Shown here in pieces: positions 38,139-46,571 of a stretch of 64,000 bases of DNA. Under the pieces are notes generated by a model. It was not told the DNA's origin and did not search any database. It saw nothing but the letters and a program-made list of their open reading frames with translations. Both the position numbers and the translations under genes were made by a program. Source of the stretch: Candidatus Latescibacterota bacterium (GTDB taxonomy: Bacteria; Latescibacterota; UBA2968; UBA8231); NCBI GenBank assembly GCA_965261395.1, contig OZ253462.1, positions 5,632,001 to 5,696,000 on the forward strand, written 5' to 3'. Numbering within the stretch: position 1 is the first letter of the stretch; each line of letters begins with the position of its first letter.

Positions 38139-38948
38139 TTAGTGCTCGCTGCTACTTTTTTCTAGCGCAGCCAGCTTGCTGCGGATGATGGTGTTGGTTG
38201 GTTCCTGTTCGAGGAGCTCGCGATACGTTTCGATCGCCTTCTGGGTCAAGCCCTGCGTGGTGTAGATCTCAGCCAGCGTCATGGTGGCGATGCGCTTGCT
38301 TTTCGGTGCGCTCGGCTCGCTGTCGGCCGGAGAGGGTGGCTCTTCGGGTGCGGGCACCGGCTCGGCGGCTTTCTCCTCTTCGATCTCCTGCAAGAGGCGG
38401 AGCAATTCGCTGTCGTTGGAGTTGCCGTACAGGTCGTTGCGGTCTTCTGGCGGCTGGGGTGTCAGAACTTGGGGCTGAGTGGCTTCGGCTTCGAGAGCCT
38501 CTGGGGCCGCGCTAGCGACGAACTCTTCGGGTTCGGGCGCATCTTGGTGGGTTCGGCTGGTGAAGCGGTCGATCTGCTCTGCTAGAGAGGTGTCGAAAGG
38601 GTCGAGGTACGCGGCTTGGCGCAGGCTTTGCAAGGCTAACGGCGTGACGCCGAGCTGTTCAAAGAGGTGGGCGAGGCGTTTGTACCCGCTGGGGTTTTCC
38701 TGGTCGAGCCGCAGGGCTTGATCCATGGCCTCGCGCGCTTCTTCTAGGTCTCCCCGTTTCTCATAGCACTTGCTGAGGACGATAAAGCCGGTGACGTAAT
38801 CGGGAAAACTCGCACAGCCCTCTTGGCAAAGCTCGAGGGCGCGCTCGATGCGTCCGCGCTTGAGATAGAGATCGGCGAGTCGAGCGAAACGCGGGGAATC
38901 CGGATCGCGTCGGAGTGCTTTTTCCAGTTTGGCTATGGAGTTGGCCAT
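38139..38948 (-). CDS. Tetratricopeptide-repeat protein
   Basis: N-terminal TPRs, C-terminal T.TLAEIY..QG...KAI..Y. Confidence 0.8.
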   Translation of the reverse strand: MANSIAKLEKALRRDPDSPRFARLADLYLKRGRIERALELCQEGCASFPDYVTGFIVLSKCYEKRGDLEEAREAMDQALRLDQENPSGYKRLAHLFEQLGVTPLALQSLRQAAYLDPFDTSLAEQIDRFTSRTHQDAPEPEEFVASAAPEALEAEATQPQVLTPQPPEDRNDLYGNSNDSELLRLLQEIEEEKAAEPVPAPEEPPSPADSEPSAPKSKRIATMTLAEIYTTQGLTQKAIETYRELLEQEPTNTIIRSKLAALEKSSSEH

Positions 38949-39085
38949 GGCGATGGGGATGGGAGGTGCTAAGGCGGCTGAAACGAGAGGCTATTTTATG
39001 CTCTGAACTGCGAAATGTCAAGGATGGGGCAAGGTGATGGGAAGGCGCGAATTCGCAGCCAAAGGGACTTATATACAATAGTGCC

Positions 39086-39135
39086 CAAAAGTCCCCGACC
39101 TAGCTCGCAAATCAGAGCTAGGCTGGAGACTTTTG
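39086..39135. repeat. Long imperfect inverted repeat near the left end of the island
   Basis: CAAAAGTC..CCTAGCTC-8 nt-GAGCTAGG..GACTTTTG. Confidence 0.7.
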
Positions 39136-39189
39136 AATATGTCTACGGCTTTACTCCTAAAGCAAGCAGGACGACAGGATACAAGCTGC

Positions 39190-42100
39190 TCAGGCTGGGG
39201 CCTCGGCCCGCGCCAGCAGCTTGGCGAAGTCGTAGTTGACGCTGGTGACGCCAAAGTCGGGTTCGCGCTGGAAGGGGTGGCGCAGATAGCTAACGCGATG
39301 CCTGCCGTCGTCCAAAAACTCGACTAGGGCGAGGATGAAGTCGTCGGGTTTATTAAGGCTGTAGAGGATTTCGTTTTTGGTCACCGTGATGGTCGCCGCC
39401 CCGCTTGCGCGGCCCTTGACTTCGATGAAGCGCAGCCGCCCCGTGTCGGGTACCCGCGACTCGATATCGTAGCCGAGTTTGTCAAACTCTCGATCCGTCG
39501 GCTCATAACCGAGGCCGCGTTCTATTTCCATGACAATAGCCCGCGCCCGAGCAGCTACTTCCTGAGTATCCACAGGCGATCGGCGTCCCACCATAGCGTC
39601 CACCAGCCCCTGCGGCACCACTAGTAAGCCGCCGAGCACCACTGGCGGTAGCGGTGAAAGCTGAGCTTCGAGTTGCAATTCCTGTAGCCTCTTGTGCAGC
39701 CGGGCCTGCAACGTATCGGCCCGTTTGCGGGCTTCGTCCGAGTTGAGCCGAGCACCGCTGGCACCAGCCTTCTCCTGTAGCTTGAGCTGTTCGGCGCGGT
39801 GGTCCCAGTAGGAGATTTCCTTGGTCAGACGGTCCTTGACCGCGGCCTCGGTCTTGGCGATCAACGCCCGCTTGGGATCGCGGACTTGGGCTAGATGTTC
39901 GGGGACGACGTGAGCCACTGCATAGGACTGTGCCCCCTGCTCCATTTCGCGGTTGATCCACGCGCATTCCGGCCGCTCCAAGATGGCCTCAACGCTAGGC
40001 TCGTCTTGGGCTAGCGGCCGATAGTCCAAGTAGGGGGCGTAGTGCAGGTGGCGAGCGTTGCCAGCGGCGTCGATTTCGACGTAGAGCATCTGCTTGGAGA
40101 CCATCCGGCGGTCGCCCGCCCGCGTCCGACTCGCGTCTTGAATGGCGTGTTCGAGATAGAAAAGCACGCGCGGTGTCTGCCCTAGATCGCGCTCGTCAAT
40201 GAGTACTGCTCCGCGCTTGAGCAGATCGCGGTGCTGCTCCAGCGTTAGGTCGAGGACGGCGTCCAGCAAGGGATGTCCTGGGCAGACGAACGCCGCCGCT
40301 GGCTGGCCGGGGGGCGCGACCAGCGATTTGTCGAAGGCAATCCGTTCGTAGCGAGGGGGTACCGGCGTGCTTTGGTTGCGGGCCAGCGCGGGGACACGCG
40401 TAACCTCGTAGCGGCGTGGCTCGCGCTGCCGGGCTGATCCACCGATTTGCTGGAACGCCTCTAGAAAAAACGCCTCAATGTAATGTGGCTGTAGGCGGCG
40501 TGCCTCGGCCCGTTCCATCTCTTCGCGGACCCTTTGTACACGGCTGGCGTCCATCGCGTCGTGGACGAGTTGATGCTCCTCCAACAGGTCCTGTAGCGAG
40601 CTATGGTCGAGCGCCTGATCGACCGCCGTGTCGAGACGCGCGCGAACTTCTGGCTGCTCGCCGTAGCGGATGGCTTCGAGTAGGAGGTCACGCAACGGCC
40701 GTCCCTCGAATTCGAGCTTGCCGAGCACGTCAAATACCTGACCGCCCAGGGCCTGTCGTGCCTGTTCTAGTTTGGTCAGCAGTCGCTGGTACACGTCGCC
40801 CTCGCGGGTTTGGTCCGCGACCAGATTCCACAGATGGCACACTTCCGTCTGACCGATTCGGTGGATGCGGCCGAAGCGCTGCTCTAGGCGGTTCGGGTTC
40901 CAAGGGAGGTCGTAGTTGACCATCAGGTGCGCCCGCTGGAGGTTGATCCCTTCGCCAGCGGCATCGGTGGCCAACAGTACCTGTACCGCTGGGTCATGGC
41001 GGAAGGCTTCCTGCGCTTGGTGGCGGTCCTCGCGGGCCATGCCTCCGTGAATGACGACTACCGACTCCGCACGTCCGAGTAAAGTGGTGATGCGGTCCAG
41101 CAGATAGTGGAGCGTGTCGCGGTGCTCGGTGAAGAGTACCAGCTTCTGTGTAGGGGAGGGCACTGGACGCGGGATCTCGCCACCACTGTAGGGAGCTGTC
41201 GGTTCTCCGATCCGGCCCGCTATACCAGACGTCGTAAAGACCTCGCTGAGCAGGCTGGCAAGCTCCCGCCACTTCGCGTCTTCACCGCGGTGTCGGACGT
41301 CAAGCGCACGACTTTCCAGCATTTTCAGGGTGTCGATTTCCGCCTTCAACTCGGTGATGGAGCGGGCGGCGGTCGCTTGGTCGAGGATGCGCGTTTCGGC
41401 GACCTCGACCTCGTGCCCTGGTGCGTCATCGAGATCCTCGATGTCTTCGGCATCAAGCTCTGGGACTGTGGACGCGGCCGAGTCGGGGCGTCGGGATTCC
41501 TCCAATTCGCACAGGCGGCCCTCCAAGCGCTCGCGCCGTCGGCGCAGTGACTGGTAGATCGCCTCGGGAGACGAAGCGAGCCGCCGTTGGAGAATCGTCA
41601 GGGCGAAGCCGACTGTGCCGGCCCGCTTGGCATTGGCGAGTGCGTCCGCCCGATTGAACTCCTCCCGCACATAGTCGGTGACCGCCTCATAGAGCTGGGC
41701 TTCTGCCTCTGAGAGCTGGTACGGCACGGTGTAGGCGATGCGCTCGGGGAACAGCGGCTTGCCGTCGAACTTGAGCAGCCGCTCCTTGACCATGCGCCGC
41801 ATCAAGTCCGAAACATCGGCCACGTGGACGCCATCGCGGAAGCGGCCCTCGAAGCGGTCATTGTCGAGCAACGCCATGAAGAGTTGGAAGTCCTCTTCCT
41901 TGCCGTTGTGCGGCGTCGCCGTCATCAGCAGGAAGTGGCGCGTCCGTGTCGATAATAACTGTCCCAGTCGATAGCGCTTCGTGTAGTGGATCTCGCCCCC
42001 GAAGAAACTGGCCGACATCTTGTGCGCCTCGTCGCATACTACTAGATCCCAGCCCGTGTCCGGTGCCTGGAGCTTCTGCTGGACCTGTTCGTCGCGCGCT

Positions 42101-42723
42101 AGCTTGTCGAGGCGTGCGATGACGAGGTTGGCCTCCAAAAACCAGTTGCCAGTGCGGGCGGCTTCGAGCTTGTCGTTGGTCATAATCTCAAAGGGCAACT
42201 GGAAGCGCTGAGAGAGTTCGTCCTGCCATTGCTCGGCGAGGCTACCGGGGCAGACGATCAGGCATCGCTCGAGATCGCCGCGGGCGATCAGCTCCTTGAT
42301 GAGTAGGCCCGCCATGATGGTCTTACCGGCACCCGGATCGTCGGCGAGGAGAAAGCGCAGCGGTTGGCGCGGCAGCATGGATTCGTACACCGCGGTGATC
42401 TGATGGGGCAGTGGCTCGACGACCGAGGTGTGGACCGCCAGCACGGGATCGAACAGATGCGCGAGGCGGATGCGCAGGGCCTCAGACACCAGCCGGAACA
42501 GGGCCCCGTCGCCGTCAAAACTCCACGGCTGCCCCTGTTCTGCCACTTCGAGCCGCGCCTCGTCAGAGCGGTAGAGCAGCTCATTGGCCACCTTGCCGTC
42601 CGGGGTTTTGTAGGTCAGTTCTAGAGCCTGCGAGCCAAACCAATGCACGCTGACGACCACCACGAGGCCATCGGTGAGAATGCCGCGCACTGCGGCGTTA
42701 GGCTGGAGATCTTCGAGCGTCAC
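39190..42723 (-). CDS. SNF2-family helicase with C-terminal DUF3883 nuclease-like domain
   Basis: LLADDPGAGKT, DEAH, TATPHNG, QRFGRIHRIG, GYDIES...FIEVKG. Confidence 0.92.
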   Translation of the reverse strand: MTLEDLQPNAAVRGILTDGLVVVVSVHWFGSQALELTYKTPDGKVANELLYRSDEARLEVAEQGQPWSFDGDGALFRLVSEALRIRLAHLFDPVLAVHTSVVEPLPHQITAVYESMLPRQPLRFLLADDPGAGKTIMAGLLIKELIARGDLERCLIVCPGSLAEQWQDELSQRFQLPFEIMTNDKLEAARTGNWFLEANLVIARLDKLARDEQVQQKLQAPDTGWDLVVCDEAHKMSASFFGGEIHYTKRYRLGQLLSTRTRHFLLMTATPHNGKEEDFQLFMALLDNDRFEGRFRDGVHVADVSDLMRRMVKERLLKFDGKPLFPERIAYTVPYQLSEAEAQLYEAVTDYVREEFNRADALANAKRAGTVGFALTILQRRLASSPEAIYQSLRRRRERLEGRLCELEESRRPDSAASTVPELDAEDIEDLDDAPGHEVEVAETRILDQATAARSITELKAEIDTLKMLESRALDVRHRGEDAKWRELASLLSEVFTTSGIAGRIGEPTAPYSGGEIPRPVPSPTQKLVLFTEHRDTLHYLLDRITTLLGRAESVVVIHGGMAREDRHQAQEAFRHDPAVQVLLATDAAGEGINLQRAHLMVNYDLPWNPNRLEQRFGRIHRIGQTEVCHLWNLVADQTREGDVYQRLLTKLEQARQALGGQVFDVLGKLEFEGRPLRDLLLEAIRYGEQPEVRARLDTAVDQALDHSSLQDLLEEHQLVHDAMDASRVQRVREEMERAEARRLQPHYIEAFFLEAFQQIGGSARQREPRRYEVTRVPALARNQSTPVPPRYERIAFDKSLVAPPGQPAAAFVCPGHPLLDAVLDLTLEQHRDLLKRGAVLIDERDLGQTPRVLFYLEHAIQDASRTRAGDRRMVSKQMLYVEIDAAGNARHLHYAPYLDYRPLAQDEPSVEAILERPECAWINREMEQGAQSYAVAHVVPEHLAQVRDPKRALIAKTEAAVKDRLTKEISYWDHRAEQLKLQEKAGASGARLNSDEARKRADTLQARLHKRLQELQLEAQLSPLPPVVLGGLLVVPQGLVDAMVGRRSPVDTQEVAARARAIVMEIERGLGYEPTDREFDKLGYDIESRVPDTGRLRFIEVKGRASGAATITVTKNEILYSLNKPDDFILALVEFLDDGRHRVSYLRHPFQREPDFGVTSVNYDFAKLLARAEAPA

Positions 42724-42731
42724 TTCCCGAC

Positions 42732-45700
42732 CTATTCCCGTTCAAAACCCTGGCTGGAGAACTTGAGCGTGCGGCTGTTCTCGGTGACGGTGCGCACGAC
42801 GTGATCGGGCGCACCCGAGGGGATTTCGGCTTCTATCTCCAAGGTCACGGTCACTTTGGCACCTACCAAGCCGGCGAGATGGGCAATGACCTCATCGGCG
42901 ATCTGGCTCGCGTCGCGACCGACGCGGGTAGCATCGAGGGACACGGCCCCGTGAAAGCGCCGCGCTTTCTGTTCGGGTGGGGGAGGCGTTGGCTCTGGAT
43001 GGGTGCCGGTACCGGCCGATGCGCTAGCGCTCGGCTCAGCGACGCCGACGCCCGCCCCGGTTGCCGGTGCCGCTGGCTCTGCCTCCTGCTGTGCGATCGC
43101 GGCTGCGGGCTTGACTAGCAGCCCATCGCTTTCAGGGCTAAGCAGGGGGACCTCACGGCCACAGCGGAGTCCGCGATAACGGCTCGCGGCTTCATCGAAA
43201 GAATCGGCGTAGGCGAACGATTCGTCTGTCCAGAGGAGGAGCCCCAACCCGTCTTGAATGGCCCTAATTAGGATCTCTGGACCAGCGAGGCGGGGGAGGT
43301 ACAGGTAGCGGGCGAAGTGGTCTGCCAACTGGCGGATTTCCACGTGATCGCCGCGCCACAAGGGCACCCGGTCCAGTTCCATTCGCAGGCGCGTGCCCGC
43401 GAGCACCGGCACCAACAGCTCTTCTGAGCGCAGTTTCTTGCTGGCGCGTACGGCGAGCGGGTCCTGCCCAGTCAGCCGCAGGGCCTGCCACTCGACCGCC
43501 GCTTGGGGTGTGGATTGCACTGGCGCGAGGAGCCACTGATAGGCCTCCGGCAGCCGTCCAACCACGGCACCATCCTCCGACTTCAACTGCGCTTCGGCTT
43601 GCCGCACCTGATGCGGGTCGAGGTTCAGAGTTTCTTTGTCTTGGAGGATGGACGACCACGCCAACCAGCGACGAATCGCTTCATCCAGGTCCTGCAGGCG
43701 GGTCTGGTCCACGGCAAGGAAGACCAGCGTATTGCGAAAGAGGCGCGGGGTGTTGCCGCGATTTTCGAGTATGGCGGTGGCTGCGGCCTGCGCCTTGCTG
43801 TTCGACCCGCTGCTGTGTGGGTGCTCAGTCCCTAGCACCACCAGACGGGCCTCCATGTCGTCGGGGATATCAGCGCCGGATTGCGGCACCGTATGGATGC
43901 GCTGGAAGTCGCCCGTGGCGCGCAGGTCGGTGCGCAACCGCTGCTCGATCTCGGCCACCACTGGCGCGGGATCGCGCCTGAATTGATCGGCCCGGTCTTC
44001 CGCCAGCTTGGTGACAGTCGGCTGCGTTGAGTACCAGTAGCGCGGGCCATCCTGATAGAGGAAGGTCGCCTGCGTGCTCAGGCGACGCAGGGCATCGCCA
44101 AAGATCGCTGGTGTTTCACCCGGCATCGCGCAGCCGAGCTTGATCCGGCGGTCCTCAATGCCGCGATTGGCCACCGAGGTCGTCGGCGCGGAGCCGAGGT
44201 ACACGGTGCGCGCTACCCGGCGAGTCGCGGAGAATTTGCCCAAGTTCGCCACCTCGCCGTCAATGCGCTGCGGCAGTGCATTCGGGCCATCGACATCCGC
44301 CTCGATGATCGGCGTCCAGTTGTCGGACAGATAGCGGGTCAACTCGTTGCGGACGTGCGGGTCGTCGATGGGGATGTGTGCTGGCATGATCAGCGGGTTG
44401 CGGTCGCCGCGGTCCCACAGACTGTGGATGACGGCGGCCATCAGACGCAGGACGCCGCGCGTGCGCTGAAACTTCACTAGCGCGGACCAGTCCGTGTAGA
44501 GCCGGTCGAAGACTTCTGGATGGATTGGATAGGCAGCACGCAGGCGGCGCTCGTAGTCGGCGTCCCGGCATTCGGTAGGGAACTCCTGCTGCTGGGCGCG
44601 GTAGAAGTCGGCAAAGGTGCGTGAGACATTGTCGCGGGCCGTGAAATGCTCGCGCTCGCTCAAGGGTTCAAATAGACGGCGGCGCACGATCTCAAAGCCT
44701 TCTTCGGTACTCGCTGGCGTCCAGGAGGATTCGACGCGGCCAATGACATTCTTGAGCCGCGACAGCGCCGCCCGGCCGCGGAGGCCACCGACTTCCTCGT
44801 CTTCACCTTGGGCATGGGGGGAGGTCGCCGTATCCGATGACGGCAAGCTGATCACCAGCAGGCAATGGTTCGCCGCCCGCGCGGATTCGGTCAAGGTCTG
44901 GGCAAAGCTGAAGTGGGTTTCGAAACTGCCGGCTGGCAGGTCGGCGTCGTCGTGCAACTGGCGGGCGTAGGCGACCCATTCGTCGATCAGAATGAGGCAC
45001 GGTCCATATTCGTTCATCAATTCGCGGAGGGCGTCGCCTGGGTTGGTGGCGCGCTCGTCGTCCTGCCGCACTTTGTCGAATGCCGCTTTGCCGCCGAGTT
45101 GCCAAGCGAGTTCGCCCCACAGTGTCCTGACCACGGTGCCGTCATCTTTTGCCGACGGATTGCCGGGCGAGATCTTGTTGCCGACCAGCACGACCCGTTT
45201 GACATGGTCGGGCCGTGCGGCGATTTCGGCTGACGCTATCAGGTCGTCGATGCCGAGCAACTCGCCGGTTGGCATTCCAGAGAATAGATGGTACAGGGCT
45301 AGCATCGAGTGGGTTTTGCCGCCGCCGAAGTTGGTCTGTAGTTCCACCACTGGATCGCCGCCCTGACCGCTTAGCCGCTGCATCGCCCCGCTGAGTAAGC
45401 CCTTCAGGCTTTCCGTCAGATAGGTGCGGCGAAAGAACTCTGCTGGGTTGCGGTACTCGTCGGTTCCTTCACCGATATGGACCTGCCATAGGTCTGCGGC
45501 GAACTCGGCCTGTTGGTAGCCGCCGCTGGCCACGTCGCGATGCGGGGCTACGACTTCGCGCCAGGGCTTTAGGCTGCCGGTGGCTTGGCTCTCGACGGTG
45601 GTGCCCGCGCCGCGCCGGCGCTCGCTGCGCGCCTGCTCCTCAAAGACCAGACGGCGCAGTTCCGTCTTCATGCGATTGACTTCGTCTGCTTGCGATGCGG

Positions 45701-46070
45701 AAACGGCTGTTAGCAGGCGGGCGATAGAGTCGAGGGTGCGGTCGGCGTCGTCGCTGGAGAAGCTGTCTTGATGCGCCCACTTGTTGCGCTGGTCGCGGAT
45801 TTCGTTGACGAGGCTGCGCTCGGCACGGCCCAGTACAGTGCGGAACACGTCGTTCCACGTTTCCCACATGAGCTTGAGGAGTGCGGCTACGTCCCACTGG
45901 TCTACGGGCTTGTCCGTCAGGTGTGGATCATCGGCAAAGCGCCGGATCGTGTCCATGTGTACAACACGGGCTTTGATTTTGTCTTGGAGTTCGCGCTCGA
46001 CAAATGGGCCAAGCCCGGCCTTGAGGAGTTCGAGTGCTTTGCCGACGCGTTCTTGATTGGTAATAGCCAT
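42732..46070 (-). CDS. DUF499 AAA+ ATPase with N-terminal Swt1-like HEPN domain
   Basis: RNKWAH (RX4H), QTNFGGGKTH, ILIDE, YPIHPE, FQRTRGVLR. Confidence 0.9.
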   Translation of the reverse strand: MAITNQERVGKALELLKAGLGPFVERELQDKIKARVVHMDTIRRFADDPHLTDKPVDQWDVAALLKLMWETWNDVFRTVLGRAERSLVNEIRDQRNKWAHQDSFSSDDADRTLDSIARLLTAVSASQADEVNRMKTELRRLVFEEQARSERRRGAGTTVESQATGSLKPWREVVAPHRDVASGGYQQAEFAADLWQVHIGEGTDEYRNPAEFFRRTYLTESLKGLLSGAMQRLSGQGGDPVVELQTNFGGGKTHSMLALYHLFSGMPTGELLGIDDLIASAEIAARPDHVKRVVLVGNKISPGNPSAKDDGTVVRTLWGELAWQLGGKAAFDKVRQDDERATNPGDALRELMNEYGPCLILIDEWVAYARQLHDDADLPAGSFETHFSFAQTLTESARAANHCLLVISLPSSDTATSPHAQGEDEEVGGLRGRAALSRLKNVIGRVESSWTPASTEEGFEIVRRRLFEPLSEREHFTARDNVSRTFADFYRAQQQEFPTECRDADYERRLRAAYPIHPEVFDRLYTDWSALVKFQRTRGVLRLMAAVIHSLWDRGDRNPLIMPAHIPIDDPHVRNELTRYLSDNWTPIIEADVDGPNALPQRIDGEVANLGKFSATRRVARTVYLGSAPTTSVANRGIEDRRIKLGCAMPGETPAIFGDALRRLSTQATFLYQDGPRYWYSTQPTVTKLAEDRADQFRRDPAPVVAEIEQRLRTDLRATGDFQRIHTVPQSGADIPDDMEARLVVLGTEHPHSSGSNSKAQAAATAILENRGNTPRLFRNTLVFLAVDQTRLQDLDEAIRRWLAWSSILQDKETLNLDPHQVRQAEAQLKSEDGAVVGRLPEAYQWLLAPVQSTPQAAVEWQALRLTGQDPLAVRASKKLRSEELLVPVLAGTRLRMELDRVPLWRGDHVEIRQLADHFARYLYLPRLAGPEILIRAIQDGLGLLLWTDESFAYADSFDEAASRYRGLRCGREVPLLSPESDGLLVKPAAAIAQQEAEPAAPATGAGVGVAEPSASASAGTGTHPEPTPPPPEQKARRFHGAVSLDATRVGRDASQIADEVIAHLAGLVGAKVTVTLEIEAEIPSGAPDHVVRTVTENSRTLKFSSQGFERE

Positions 46071-46093
46071 GTCTTATTCCTCACTCGTTGTCG

Positions 46094-46258
46094 TCAATCA
46101 GGCTGTAATCGGGATTGCTTGCGTTCGACAAACTTATTCAGCGGTTGTGCGCCGCTCAAACTCGGCGCTATCGAGTTGTAAACCCCTCGTGCCTGCGACA
46201 CTGCCGTCGCGAAACGAAGCCAGCGGCGAGCTTCGTCAACGAGTTCAGGATCGTTCAT
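46094..46258 (-). pseudogene. Internally deleted HEPN-toxin remnant
   Basis: [17 protein letters not shown] joined directly to a C-terminal-like helix (AVSQARGVYNSIA); overlaps the MNT stop codon; 54 codons. Confidence 0.55.
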
Positions 46259-46571
46259 AGAGAACCTTTCCTTCGCGGAGAGCTGAACGCAACGCGGTTC
46301 CTACAAGGTGCCCGCGACGAGCGACTTCCTCGGGAGTCGCTACTACTATGTCCTTGCATACTGGCAGATCGCCCAAGGCCCGGCGGATTTCGATCGCCGT
46401 GTGACGCTTGTCGGACACATTGGGCAGAATTACGAGCAGGTCCACGTCGCTCCATTCGGTTGCCGTGCCCCGTGCATGAGATCCGAAGAGGACGACCCGC
46501 GAAGGCTGGAAGCCTTTCACTATGCGGTCCACCATAGTTGATATAAACGTTTCCGAGGCGGCTACATTCAT
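46245..46571 (-). CDS. Minimal nucleotidyltransferase (MNT)
   Basis: LFGSHARG.....SDVDLLV, DIVV.TPEE, REGKVLY. Confidence 0.9.
   Translation of the reverse strand: MNVAASETFISTMVDRIVKGFQPSRVVLFGSHARGTATEWSDVDLLVILPNVSDKRHTAIEIRRALGDLPVCKDIVVATPEEVARRGHLVGTALRSALREGKVLYERS

Noticed and set aside
38950-39190. Second att site (tRNA-Lys 3' duplicate)
   Set aside because: No match to the tRNA 3' end was seen by eye.
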